A DNA stretch of 64,000 nucleotides from Raillietiella orientalis (Eukaryota). A program made the translations under genes and the position numbers. The DNA lies in NCBI GenBank assembly GCA_036172245.1, contig JAYWIR010000031.1, positions 1,922,001 to 1,986,000 on the forward strand. The letters are read 5' to 3'. The notes under the pieces were generated by a model. It searched no databases, was not told where the DNA came from, and was given only the letters and a program-made list of their open reading frames with translations. This document shows positions 35,651-49,248 of this stretch, in pieces; the stretch's first letter is position 1; every line of letters begins with the position of its first letter.

Positions 35651-37951
35651 TGATAACTACCCTATCAGTGATTGAAAATGCGTCACAGGCATCCCTGAGA
35701 GACCACCCTCTGCGCCCTCGATGAGCGCAGACTCTCTCGCAGGGAGGGTGCTGAGGCGCGGCTCATGGACCTCTCTGTGTTCCCGAAATCGGGAGTACTC
35801 GCTCGTTCTGCCGCCTAGCGCAGACACGGCAGTCTTCCCTTAGCGTATGCGTTTTGTCGCACGACGACGGGGCTGACCAGCCAAGAGGGAGTCGGCTCTG
35901 TTTCAATGGAGTAACGAGAACAATGGTGGGAAATAAATTCATTTTTTTAAAATATATTTTTGTAGCTTTGGATTCCAAAGTTAGAATCTTTTCTAGTGTG
36001 AAAAGGAAAGATAAAAAGAAAAATCGGTTGAAGAGGAAGAAAAGACAAGAGTTTCTGTGGAGGATGCCTGCTGTGACCGTGAAGGTGCCTCCTTTGGTCA
36101 GGCGAAGCTCATGAGGACGATGATCACTTACGGTCGTCAGGGAAACACTGGAATTTGTTAGCAAACGAAGGAGCATGTATCCCAAGTTTTGGACCTTCCC
36201 CTGGATGCGCAGAGTCCAGGAGACCGCGGGACGTCAGTCCTGACGAGGCGTCGCCGTCCACAGTCCCGGCAGGGATCCGTCTGCCTGTGAGACTGGCGAA
36301 TCAAGTGTGCCGCCAAAAAGGCGTGTCCCGGAGCAGGGGCGCGCGTCTGCATGTGCCCGAGAGAGCCTGGCAGCGGAGGAGACATCTCTCAGCCTCCTCT
36401 TCTTGCACAGCGCGGAAGGAATGCGCGGGAAAGGTCGCGGAGGTCACGAGCGATCCGCCGTAGACGCTGCAGGGTCTCGCAGTCGCCAACTGAGCCGGCG
36501 AGTTTGCCAGAAAAATCCTCCGACCTGGATGCACCGCCGGCTGGTGGAGTGTATGTGGCACGGAAAAGGCGGGGTCACGAAGACGTCTTGCCACAGCTGC
36601 CCGAGGCACTGAAGAGGCGACCGTTTCGCACGAAACACGCCGCACGCACGCGACGCGGGAACGGCACGCGACGGGCTACCCACGCCGGAGCGGGGTCGAA
36701 GGTCTTCGGTGCTCCGGGGCGCTCGTGCTGCTATGAGGGTACAAATGGAAGGAAGCGGTGATGACCTGCAGCTTCCCTGGAAGTCAGGTGTAGGAGCGCA
36801 CGCCGTGAGGCGAGCTGTCCAAGGCGACGATGAGACTTTTCCCCGGGTCGGCTCTTCAGGGAGAGGCTTTTCGCTCCAAGCCCCATCCCCAGCAGGTCCT
36901 CAGCAGTAGGCGCAAGGAGACGACCTAGACAACAGCGGGGGTCTCCCCCTCTTCTCCTCCCTTCCCCCCTCACCAGAGAGCGCACACAGGGAGAAAGTCC
37001 CTCTGAGAAAGAAAGAACCCTCTGTGGCGCGGAGAGAGGAAGAGCTGTCTCTCCAGAATGTCCGAGGTGACCTGACGGGAACCGAGAGATGGCGTACGGG
37101 GCGCCACGGCCTTTCGGAGCGTCCTGAGGAACGGTCCAATCCCGTACGGAGGATCCGGTGACCACCCTGCCGTGAGAAAGCGATCCAGCGAGAAGAAGGG
37201 GTCACCATTCCCGACTGGGAGACCTGAACCGCCGTTCGGTCCCGGGGATTACATGGACTAGGAGACCGAGAGGGATAGTCGCTAAAATTCAGCTACCAGG
37301 AGAGTCGCGGTCCTTCCGCCCGCGTGCGGCATGACGGGCAGGAATCACCCAGGTGCCAACGGGATGAGGATCTGGCTATCGGTGCCACATATCTGCATGG
37401 ATCCTGAGGCCGATAGGTGACTTCCCTAACCAGCAAAGCGGAAAGATGGATTGAAGGATGAAATCTCTGCTGTCACCCCTCACCCTCTGCAGCTCCTTCT
37501 TTCTGCAGAAGAAAAAAAAAAGGATCGTCACGGTCCGTCAAGGGGGAAGGGGAGGGAGACCCTCGTCCGCAGAAACATGCAGCAAAGACCGCACAGGGGT
37601 CTTGCAAGGAAGTGATGCCCTTCCCGAAAGGAATGCTCGCCGCGAGACGCTCGAACCCAGGGAGCACAATTGAGTGGAACCAACCGGTCGCCATGGCCAC
37701 CTCAGAGAAGGCGCCTCTCTTCCTGATCTCCTCCTCGATGTGGAGGAGGACGATCGCGTCCTTTCCGATCGAATGGGATTGGATTCGACGTCACGGGTTA
37801 CTCGCACCTGCCTGCTTGCCAGCGCCTCCCATGCCCTTAGGGGGCTGCGTTGCCGCTTTCCGAGAAAGGAGGAGAAAAGGTGGCTGGCCGTCCGCTCACT
37901 GCAACGCTGGACCTGATCTCCACCTACCACGTGGCAAACCGGGCTGTGGCA

Positions 37952-38192
37952 TCTCCCTCCCTCTTCCTCCTCCTCCTTTCTTCATCCTCCTTCTCCTCGT
38001 CCCTCCTCCTCCCTTCCTTTCTCCTCTACCTCCTTCTCTTTCCCCTGTTTTCATCCTCCTCCTCCTCCCTTCTTCTTCCTCCTTCTCCTCCTCCCTTTCT
38101 TCCCCTCCCTTCCTCTTCCTTCCTTCCTTTCTCCTTCTTCTCCTCCTTTCCCCCTCCTCCTTCTCTTCCCCCCCCTTCCTCCTCCTCTTCCC
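37952..38192. repeat. Polypyrimidine (CCT/CTT) low-complexity tract
   Basis: About 240 bp, almost purely C/T on the + strand. Confidence 0.9.
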
Positions 38193-40245
38193 GAGGTTTC
38201 CCATTGGAGAAAGATTCGACGAGGTTCCCGGTGATTGCAGTGAGCACCGCGAGCTCACGGAGCAGTGGTGGTCCACCCTCCCATCCGACCTCATGAGTGA
38301 TGAGAAGAGGAAGAAGAGGTGCGCGAAGGAACTCCGACAGCGCGCGCTCCGCACCGGAACACCTGCGGGAACTGTGCCGACCGCTCGCGCGGCAGAGTGC
38401 GGCGAGCGCAGGCGGCGCTGGTGCCGCGCGACCAGGAGCATGCGTCAGCTGATGCCTTCCGGGAACGAAGGGAAGGGGCAGGACCCGGCACTTGCTCCGA
38501 GGTCATATGGACGGCTTCGAGAAGCCACCGGAACGGCGAGCGCCGGCCCCTTCGGACTGCCGCTGCCTCCTCCTTCGTGCTCAAGGGAAGCCGGCAGGAT
38601 GCACACGCGGACCGGAAGGAGCATATCCAAGAGAAATTTCCCGGGAGTTCGATTCCCTGCTCTTTCCTTCTTTTCTCCCTTTCCTTTCTGCCTCCCGAGT
38701 TTCCCCGTCCCGGAGTTGTGGAGAACCGGACCGGAATGGAAGGGGGAAGGGGAGGGGGTGCATCTTTCAAAGGGGTTGACTGCCGAGGAGGAGGGACTGG
38801 CATCATGGACCGGCAACTGCAGATCGAGCGCAAGGACCGCGTAGAGGGCGACCCAGCATCCTCCCCTAGGTGCTTCTCCTCCCGCATTCCTCGAGGCAGG
38901 GCCGGCTCTGCCTCTTCTCATGAAAAAGTGGTTCGTCTGACGGGGCCGAAAGAAGGTCCGGGCGGGGTGGGTGGGTGGAGGGGAAGATCAGTGTATCGGT
39001 CCGAACGAGGGCTGAGGAGAAGAGAACCGAAGGGCTCCAGAGCTCGGTCTCGGAGGAAACCACCCGATGGTTGCGCCAGTCCTTGGTGCCTGGCGAGGGC
39101 ACCACTCTAGAGTGCTACCGAGCGGATATCCTGCTGCCGTCCCCCAGGGCGACCGCAGGAGAGCAACATCCCACAGGCGAGGGTCGTCCGCCTTCCGCCC
39201 ACGCACCCGCTGCTTCGGGCCCGCCTCGCCCCTTCCCTTCTCGAGTCTTCTTCCTCCTAAGGAGGAAGTCGGCCAAAGTTTTTCCCCGCAGGGTTCCCGT
39301 TCGGGTCAGCGAGGAGAAGGGGCGGTCCATTGGGACCACCCCTCTTCCGACGCGGAATCCGACCAGAGCGTCCTCCCCGCACCCGTTTCTCCCGCCCTTC
39401 AGCAGGACTCCCCGTCGGCGTTCGTGCAGGAAAATAGGAGCGCGGGGAGCGCATCTCGAAATAAACCGGGACGTTGGAGGAGGAGAGGCGGGAAAACCGG
39501 AAGAGGGAGAGGACCCTTTCCTCCATTGGGAGGCGCATCCTTGACGACGGAGGACAAGAAGAGGAGGAGGAGGAGTTAGGACTGGGAGGGGAAAATGCTC
39601 CAAAAGCAGCAAGACAAGAATGCCCGCGAGTCGTCTCTGGCCGCGAAGCCGCGCTATTCCCGACAGCTCCCTAGAAACCGAGCTCCATGACGCAAGCGCA
39701 GCAGGCTGCATTTCCCCCTTCCCCCTCTCTCCATCCCACTCTCTTTCGTTTCCTTTTTTTTTTTTTCGTACTCCTTTCATTGGGAGGGAAGTAACACACC
39801 CACGCAGAGGGAAATTGCCGCCTCCTCCGCGAGATGTAGCTCCATGATTCCCACACAGGAGCGGGCGCGGTGAGCCCGGCGGCAGATGCGGAGGGGAAAG
39901 GGCGGAGGGGGGAACGAGAGAGAAAGAGAGAGATGGAGGTTCCTCCGCATCCGTTTGGGCGCGGTTTCTATCCCCCCAGCTGGAGGGGGAAGGGGGGGGA
40001 GGGGTAGGCTAGTCGTCCTTGCGCCTCCCGCTAGCTCTCCGGAGCAGCGTGTTGCTCGCTCTTTCCCGCTCACCGCAGGGCAGAGCGCGGAGCACTGCTG
40101 CCGCTTTCTCCCGGCCCTCCGACGGCGGCGGCGGCAATGGCGGCTTTTCCCCCCGCCATACGGGGTGCGGTGATCCGAGACCTCTAATTAAAAAATCCGT
40201 TGCCATTGGCGCTGCCTCATGCGACAACGCACGCACCTATGGAAT

Positions 40246-40276
<31 letters not shown>

Positions 40277-43200
40277 TGCAGCACAAATCACACACGGAGT
40301 GGAGGAACGCGCGCACATGCCGACATGCATCCATCCCAACTTCCCCTCCTCCTCCCTCCAAAGGGCTGTGCAACCTACGAAATATTCATGATGCTTCTTT
40401 AATGATTCATGATTGATGATTCAGAACTCCACTGCTCTTTTTCGCAAGATCCACGCGAGCACTCGGCACCGCGCGTCCGCAGCGAGGCACCTGTCAGTCG
40501 GTCCTTTGTTTTCGGTTGCCTGTTTGTTTGTTTGTTTTCCCCCAACAGTGGTCTGAGCAGCGTTCAAGGAGCGGGGATGAACGCTCTCCCTGGCTCGCGG
40601 ATGCCTCGCCTGGGTGTCCTCTTCTTACCCGGGCCAGCCGAACCCGGCAGACTTTCAAGCATCTCGGGCGAGGCGTCGTGCAAATTTAATTGAAATTAAA
40701 ATATGTATCTTTCTCTGCTCTTCTAATTTTCGAAATACTGGAAGCGGCGCCTGGAGTTCTGGTGTCTGCGCCGTCCCTAGCTGAATTATTCATCGCAACG
40801 AGCTTTTAACCCGATTACGTCCCGGTTAACGAATGGCTGGATCCGCCTTTCCACGGGACAGATTATTTTCACTGAACTTGTTTAGTAATTAGATTAATAA
40901 TTTAGACGGCGATTCGGTTACTAAGTCGACGGTCTCGAATTTTTCGAGTATTCCTGGTGATCCTGGTATCGAACTGTCCGGGAATGGAAGTCCCGCTTTC
41001 TCCCTTTTCGTCGCACCCGTACCGTATTCTCTTCCTTTCTCAAGGTGGGAACCTCCTCTTCCTTCAGCACCCTTGTTTTTTGCTATCGGTTTGGAAATTC
41101 CTCTCTCCCCTTCCTCCACGAGAGTTTCGGGATTACCTAGAACACGGAACATGAGTACAAGAGTGTGTACTATTCGTCTAGTGTACTTGATTGAAATAGC
41201 GAGCCTCGCCGTTTTGAAACTCGAGAATGCTAGTTTTCTTTTTTTTCCTTTTTTCACGGCTGCGTGTTGAGAGGCGTAAGGTCGGTGGTGTCTACACAGC
41301 ATGTGGGAACGCATCTGCCGCTGCTGGTCGGCAATCTACTCAGTCGCTCAGGCGTTGTCTGCTCCACTGTTTGTTGCTAGGAACGTTCACTGAGAACAGC
41401 TAAAACGTGACGAAGAATCCGTCAACAATGCGTTTTTCTAGATTTTACGCACAGTCAACAATGGTCTCCCTGGGAGACGGACAGCACGGCAGCTGCTGCG
41501 TGGTTGCCCTAGCAGAATGCATTGTTGACAAACGAGCAACGATCCGCACCTCGTTGCGGCATATAGACCGCCTTAACAGGCTCGCTACTCTCTTCTCTGC
41601 TCCGACGAGTTTCTGCCAGAAGACAATGGGAATCCAGAAGCGGTGGGAGAACTCAGATAGCTGGGACGCCTCGTGAATCTCCCCCTTGTCCTAGGGATGT
41701 CAATTTTCCCTTTCGTGTGGTTTCCCTTTCAACCAAGAATTCGAGCGCCGAAAAATCAGGAGCCTCCCTGGAGGATCGCATCAAGGGGAGAGACGCAAAG
41801 GGCCGGGGAAAAAACTTCCCGGCTCGCCGTCCCCGCCGAATGGCCGGGACCGATCGGCGGCGGGACCGCGGATCTCCCCGGTCTGATACATTGCATCCTC
41901 CCCCTGCGGAAAAAGCAGCACGGCGAACGTCTTCTGTCCCCCAGATGCTCCCCGTGTTCCGGCCAGTATTCCACCTCTGCCAGGAGCGGCCGAGGTTCCC
42001 GTCGAGCTGAGAGCTCGCCCCTCCAATTCCACGGCGACTCCTCCGAGAGCTCCTTTTCCTTCGAGAAGGTCGCCCCCTTGGTCCCATCTGCGCGCGCAGC
42101 CGCAGACCGAAAGAGACGCGCCAGGCTCACGGGGCGACCGCGAAGTGGCAGCAGCCGTCCGCGGAGGCTTCGCTGACTAAACAGAGAGAGCAGTTGCGTG
42201 TGAGCAGTACCGGCGCTCCATATTGACAGCGCGCTGATGGTTGCTGCCGGCGGGTCCGTTAACGGTGCCACGAGGATCTAAATATAGAAATTCCGAATCC
42301 TCCGCGGATCAGCTCTCGTCCTTAATAAGATGCACGCTGTGCACGCGTCCCGTGTTTGCGGCGAGATGTTTACCTTTCCATTACGGGAACGGTCCCGTTC
42401 TCTAGGCTCAAGCGAGCCTTCCCCTCCGCATCCTCATGGGTTTTCTTCCCTCCCTCGTCTCCCGACCAACGGAAAGGAAGGTAAGCCGTGGCGGACAGGA
42501 ACTTCCCAGCTGTGCCCTTCCAGACTCCTTCGGAGGGGACTGTGGCGCGCTCCCGGCTGGCAGCGGCAACTGGCGACCAGCATCCACAGAATATTGAGTC
42601 CTCACGCGCGCGCGCCGCCCGAGGCATCCCGGCTACCGCCGCCTCTTCCCTGAGCGGCCGGGACCCCTGCCGAAAGGACTTCCACGCTTCCTCCCCCTCC
42701 CCTTCGTTCCCTCCCTTCTCCCTCCCCCGCAGCGGGATTCCCCCCTTCTTTCCGCTTCGCCGCCGTCCCGAGGAACGGCGGGGAAACAGAGAGCGGACAA
42801 AAGGAATAGCCCGTTCGGGACTCCGCGCCCCGCGCGCGCGCGCAAAAGGGGGAGGGAGGGAGGGAAGCGCGCGTTCCCAGCCCTCCGGCCAGCTGCGTCA
42901 GCCCCCATTCCCAACTGCTTCTCTTGCCCGCGGCGGCGGCGACCTCGAGCTGACTCCCTCTCCTCGCGCTTCTCCCAACCGAACATGCCTCTCCCGGGAA
43001 GACCGAGGGAGGGAGGGAAAGGGGAATTTCCTCCCCCTTTTCTCCTGCTCGCTCCACCCGGCTGGGTCGCTCCCCTGCGCGCGCTTACCGAGCAATCCCG
43101 GACCGTTCTTGGGACGGAACCCTCCGGTGTGGGCGGTATCGCCTCCCCTCGGAGGATAAAAGGAAGGAAGGAACGCGGCCTCCCTTCCTCTCCTGGGAAG

Positions 43201-46200
43201 GGGGGGGGGGGGCGAATGGGAGGGGAGCGACGTGACAGTGACGCTTAGAACCCCTCTCCATCCCCTTCGGAGGTCCCTCGAGACTGTTGCTCTGCATCCC
43301 GTCGCTCCCTCCAGGAGGCACTGCGCGCGCCCCCTGTTTCCCAGAGGGGAGGTAAGGTCACGTTGCTCCTTCCTTTTTTTTCCCGAAGGAGGGGAAGAGA
43401 AAGGCGTGACCTGTACCGAGGGCGACCTTCAGGTGCCCCTGCGCTTCCCCCCTATCCCTCGCTTTTTGCTCCATATGCGCAGCCGCCCGCGCTTTCCAGC
43501 GTCCCTGCTCCAAGGGTGAGTCGGGAGAGCTCCGGGTGCGCAGCCGTCACGGGTTCAGCCGCAAGGTCGCAGTAGCAGCACCTCCTCGGGCACCTGGTTT
43601 TCCCGGGGGGCGCGACTTCCTGGAAAGCGACCCCCTCCGGCCGCAGGTGCCGGGAAGGGGGAAGCAGCGAGGGGCGGAAGAAGCACGCCTCTGCCTGCGG
43701 GACCAGACGGGCCAATGCGCGCTCAGCGCTCGGCACTCGGACGTTCTCCCTTGTGGAGGAAGGGGAAGAGAAGGGACGTCACGTCGTGCCCGCCCACCAC
43801 CCCTCCTCGAGCCCGCGGCGGAACGCTCACAGCCGCCTCCAGGCCGCGAGGACGCTGCTGCATCGCCTAAGGCCGGGCCAGCGGGCGACGAGAGCGGAGG
43901 GTCGCCGTCGTCAAGGGCGACTGCCGCCTTTTGCGTGCTGGAGCCGGTGGTGGTCCGAGGTGCGAGCGCTCCAGGACGGGAAAACTGGGGGAAGGAGAGG
44001 TGGGAGAAGAAATCCCATGCCACACGCCGACCACTGCCATCTGGAAGGAGAAAGGGGAGGCGCATCCGGGAGGCTATATCTCGCTGGAGCCTCTGCGTGC
44101 TTCCTCGCACCCGTGCGGACGCCAGTATACGTGGAGCGAGAGAGCGTTCCCGGGGAAGGAGGGGGCGAGCAAGGGAAAGTGCGCGCGCCATCCCGCCTTT
44201 GGATCCATTTCGAAGATGCTGGCGTTCGGGACGAGCACATTCTCCAGGGAAAGGGTGGGGTGAGGGGAGGGAGGGGGTCGTTTCCAGGACGATGACCCTC
44301 GACAGTCTGAGTCCTTCCCAGATGCCCTGAGATGGGGCCTGCCCGTGCTGGTGCGCCACCGGCGTGCTCTCCTTCGCAAGGCCGCTGTTCCCTTTCTCTC
44401 TCACGGACAAAGAGATGGGCGCTGCCTCATAACGTTCCGGCTGCAGGGCGCGCCCTGCAAGGGTCGTCCCCCTAAGAAGAAGACCTTCCTCTCTTATCCC
44501 CCACCCGCATCCCCAGCCCACTTCCCTCCCTTCGCCTCTCCTTCATGGCGCCTCTGGACACCCAGAAGGCGGGGAGACTGCGGACGGAGAGGTCGCGCGC
44601 TTCCTCTCAGCTCAGCCTGAGAGCCGGCGGGCGTCACGAGGGAATCGACCCCGCTGCGTGGGCGCTGCGGCGCACTCTTCACAGAGTGGCGGGCCGGGGA
44701 GGAGGTGTTCCCCGTCCCGCCATTGCTGCAGAGCCGCCGCCCGCAACTGCCAGCGCCCCCTTGCGGGAAAGGCCAGCACGACGGCGCTGACGCGGCGCCT
44801 GCGATCGGATCGCCTCCGGCGGAGACGCCACCGGACCGCGCCCGTGGGGCAGCCTAGAGGCGGGTCAGGGAGGTCCCTCTCGCCCCGACCTTCCCTGAGG
44901 AAAGGCGCGGGTGGTCCCGCAGCGATCCAGAGGAAAGAGAGGCGCCTCGTGCAGCTCGGGGGTCTCCCGGCCAGCCGGGTAACCACGCTCCCGCGGGCAG
45001 GAGGGCCACATGGAGCAGCGCCGCGGTGCTCCCTGCTGCAGCGCGGCGTGGAGGGTTCAGAGGTCGAGTCAGCGGGTATCCTTCCGCTGGCGGACGGCGC
45101 CATCTCCCGGGATGCCAACGACCGCGCCAGCCCCGAGGCAGTTCCCGGCCTCCAGGGATGCCGAGAAGGGAGTCGCCCGGGAGTTCCGGCGCCGGGAGCA
45201 TCGCATCCTGTCGCGAAGGCTGAGGAGACCTTCGTCTCGAGGCGACTCGCGGAGACGCCGCAGGCACGAAGGAGCAGAAGGCAGGCCCATGGGACGAAGC
45301 CGGGAAGCTCCGAATGCGAAGGCCTCCGCGGCACCAGGAAGTAAAACCGGGAGCTGCAGAGACGAGATCGATGGCGCATCCTCCGTCGCGGAGGGCGAGC
45401 CGGCACGTGCCGTTGGAGGCGGGAAGCGCGCAGGGACCGTCGGCTGCCGGGGATGGGAGGAAGTGCGCCGCCCCCACGGAAGGGGTTGCTGCGCCCTGCT
45501 GCGCCTCCTCCCCGCCAAGGAGAGGGCGCGAGTGCCCCGGGGGAGGGGAAGAGGAGGAGACGCTGCTCGATCTTCATGGGGATGTCTCTGCAAGTCCCGT
45601 GGGCCGCTCCCGTCTGTCCCCTTCCGCGACGTCGTCGTCACGAACGCGCCGGGACGGTGACGCCGTTCCCCTTCGGAAGCGCGCCGAAATCGTCCGGAAA
45701 GGGAGTGCGGGGGGAGGATCCGCACCCTCGCCAGCCGCAACAGGAGGGGAGAGCGCTGCACGAAGGGAGGAAAAGTTACCAGGCAATCCACTCTTTCCTC
45801 CTTCCCTCCCGCGCTCGTGCGCCTGCGCCTGCGCATCTCTGCCTCGTCCTGCTGCGTGTGCGAGTCCGTCCTGCTTATTCCCCGGGGCACTGGAACACCT
45901 CCAGCCTGCCAACAGCAGCCCGAGCGCCAGGACAAAGCCCTCATTCCTCTTCCTGGAAGAGACCGTCGGTAGAAGAGTGGAGGGACGCTGCTTTCCTTGC
46001 TGGCGCCCCAAGGGAGTAGGCGGGCCCTGCTACCACATCCCGAGCGCATGCGCGCGCTTGTCCGTCGCCGCCGCCGTCACCTCCTGAGCGCTGACGGAGA
46101 GCAACGCTGCGTGGGATCGCCGGGGAGGGAATACCTTGGCAACCGCGGCAGACGCGCCTCCGGCGGTCATCTCATTCCGCGCCGAGGTGGGTCGTCGCCG

Positions 46201-48465
46201 ACACGGCGGCAGCGGAGAATGAGGAGTAGGAAGGGAGGAAGGAAGGAAGGAGGGAAAGGAGGAGGAGGGAAGGGAAGCGCCAGGTCGGGAAAGGAGTGGG
46301 CAGATCCCAAATTTCTGCCTCCCCGTTCCCTGACCTTCCCGTAGCAGGAAGAGCGCAGATTCCTATTACTGCTCTTTCCCTCCAGAGCTGCTGCCGCCTC
46401 TGACTCCCGTCTGGTGACGGCGGCACCACATTCTTCGCCGAATTGACGCACTCCCGATGACCGTGCCGGCCAGCGGAATGTGGTGCCTCCGAGAGAACCA
46501 CGGAGAAGCCATCGCTTCCCCTCCCCTAGCCTCTTCCATCGGCGAGGAAGAACGTAACCTCCCTCCCTTCCTTTCTTCCTTTCTGGAAGCAGCGCTTTCA
46601 GCGGGAGGTCGCAGTCGAAAGTCTGGAGCCGCGATGCCCCCAAGTGGCTTCCCGAACCCCCCTTCCTGTGTGACTCGCCTGAGGACCCTCGTGACGGACT
46701 CCCACAGGCATCCTTCCCTTCCGTTCATTCCTCTCCTGCTTTCCCATTCCTGTGTCCTGGATCCTCGAGTCTCCTCCGAAGCAAGGAGGGGAGCTCTGCT
46801 ATCCTGTGAATCCAGCGACTCCGCCCTCATGCCGTCCCTCGTTGCGCAGACGGTTAGCAGACTGGCAGGCGGACCTCTCGTTTCCAGGAGGAGGAGCGGA
46901 GAATAAAAAGCAGGAGAGGAGGGAGGGACGGTGGACGGATATGCGACCCTCCCTCTCTTCTCTTTCACGCGTCTGGATTCTCTCCTGGAAACTCTCGGGA
47001 GCCTGTTTGTCGGGCACCTCCTGACGAAGGGCGGCCCGGGCACCTCCTGTGGGTGCCCCTCGGAGATGAACAGCTGCCCTCCCTGTCCTCTCCGCTTCCC
47101 GGACGTGCCCAGGAACGTCGCGATCTCTGGAAGGAGGTGGCGACGAATCCGGCCTGCAGAGGGAGGGGACCACTGGTGTCGCCTGCCGTCTCATCGCTGG
47201 AGCTCGGGGAAGACGCTCAGCCTTTCCCTGCACTCCCGAGCCTCCGGGGCCCCGCAGCCGTCTGGTAATGACACGCTGGCGTCCCCAATCTCCCCCTCTC
47301 TCCGTCAGCTCTTGCTCGCCCAAGCCTCGTCTCCTGCTCCTTAGCGCGTGAAGTGTCGCACGAGTGGTCGAGTCCTCCGGAGGAAGTCCCTTCTTGCCGG
47401 TTTCCGAAAGACGGTCGCGGAGATAGAGGGAGGCGTGCCAAGGGACCAAAAGTTCCCTCGCCCCTAGTTGGCGGTGGAGAATCCTTACACTGCGGGAGGA
47501 AGGACAACGTCTCCAGAGTCCGGCTGCTGTGACGAAATGGCGAGGGCAACCCACGTCCTTTCCAAAAGTGCGCTCTTTCTTCCTTCCACCTTCGTCTTCC
47601 CGTAACGCTTTCCCCTTTCCAGTCGGAGGTTGCCGTCGGCCGCGTGGAAGGCAAACAAGAAAGTGTGGGAAGAGGAGTGTGTAGGAGAAGGAAGGTAGGA
47701 AAGGAAGAGGAAGAGGAAGGAAAAATAGGAGGGGAGGAGGAAAGGAGGAAGAGGACACACTAAGCTCTTCCTAATTTTATGCTGATGCTGCATGGAAAAG
47801 AGGATTCGGTTGCTGTTGCCCTGGTGCTTGGAACTCCCGTGCGCTGCGTGCGTGTCATGCACTCCTAGCTGGAGCAGGCCACCATTGCGCCAGGAGCGAC
47901 AGACGCGTACTGCGCCGCCGGATCGCCGGCATCGAGCAGGTCGGTCGCTGGACGGCCGGCCCGCGGGCGAAGGAGGGCGCCGGGTTGCCACCGCGCGGGC
48001 GGGCGCTCTACCGAGTCGTGAGCTGCCGCACGCAGGAACGAAGCCGGGGTAGGCGGCGTCCGCGAACGCGGCCTCGGGAGGATGCTGCTTTGGACCAGCG
48101 CGAGCCAGTGACGGAAGTTCTCTCCGAGGCACGCGGGCGATAGCAGCCCGCGGAGGCTGAAGAAAAAGAAGAGGAGCACCTCCTGTCTGAAAGAGGCCTG
48201 GCACCCGCACGAGCTCCCTCGGCCTCGGTCCACCGGCGTAGAACGGCGGGGAATCCGGGCGGCTCCGCGCGCGTTGTCGCTCGCACCCTGGAAGGCGGCG
48301 GCGCTCTTGCCCACTCTGCAGAGAGGGACAAGGCGGTACGGAGAAGATGATTCTCCGACGGGCACCACCTGGGCTTCCTTCGCTCTAGGGATGCAGAGGA
48401 AAGGACTCTGCATCCGGCCTTTAACGTGCGGATGCACCTCCTCGCCGCACCGGGAGAAAGAAGAA

Positions 48466-48554
48466 AAAAGAGCCGCTCCTCTTGCTTCTCGTTCTGCTTA
48501 ACGAGCGGGAAGCGCTCCGTTCTCTGCAGAAGTCTCGTGATCTCGCGGGTTGCA
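48466..48554 (+). repeat. Duplicated element Z, copy 1
   Basis: 48491-48554 matches 52552-52615 at 60/64 nt. Confidence 0.9.
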
Positions 48555-49170
48555 AAGAGAGAAGAGAAGGGGTGAGGAAAAGAAAGGGAGCGCTGCTGCT
48601 GACCATCCGCGCGTGGCAATGAAGGTTCCTCGCACGACGGCTGGATTCAAAAAAGGACGTGAAGGGAGTGGTGAGGGGGAATGGGAGACAGATATTGGTG
48701 TGTGTGTTTGTTGGGGGGGGAATGTAGCTGTCTGGAAATCAAACAACGACGGACAGCAGCAGCGATGCATTCAGACGGAAGCGTTCGTTCCCGTTCCGGG
48801 TGCAGCCCACCTCTACCTCAAGGGGTGGCCCGCTGCATCCGTGTCGCAGAACGCATCACCGGACGGTACCTACGGTTCTCCTCCTTCCCTTCCTCCCTCC
48901 CAACTCAAACAAGAGCAAAAAAAAAAAAATGGAAAGAAAGAAAAGAATCGACTCCTACGAATGGCAGGGTGCAGCTTCCCAAGTTTCCATACTCCTTTCC
49001 TTTTTTTGCGTGTGTTTTTTGTTCCTTCGCGATCCATCACGGTCAAGCAAACCGCACACGAAAACCTTTGCGTCTCTCCCGACGCGCGCAAAGCCGATTT
49101 TTCACATTCCTGACGATCATTGCACTCGTCGTCCGTCTGCGTGCCTGCGACTGGGCAGATCCCTGTTTCG

Positions 49171-49248
49171 CAGCAGCACCACCACCACCACCACCACCAC
49201 CACCACCACCACGTACGGGCGATCATCATCGTCGTCGTCGTCGTCGTC
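49171..49248. repeat. Compound trinucleotide microsatellite (CAG)2(CAC)~12...(ATC)3(GTC)6
   Basis: Direct reading. Confidence 0.95.

Noticed and set aside
36580..36640. Hammerhead-like arrangement GTC-T-TGCC..GGCA-CTGAAGA-GGCGA..TCGCAC-GAAAC
   Set aside because: There is an extra base after the cleavage triplet, stem II is bulged and stem III has essentially one pair. Other CTGANGA hits (~8147, 12145, 14067, minus 885, minus 60590) also lack proper stems or GAAA.
37612..38844. 410-aa ORF with a hydrophobic Pro/Leu/Ser/Phe stretch
   Set aside because: It is the translation of the CT-rich low-complexity tract.
41154..41182. Helitron-like 3' end (AGTACA..TGTACT hairpin then CTAG-T)
   Set aside because: The stem is only 6 bp and AT-rich, and no 5' end or second copy was seen.
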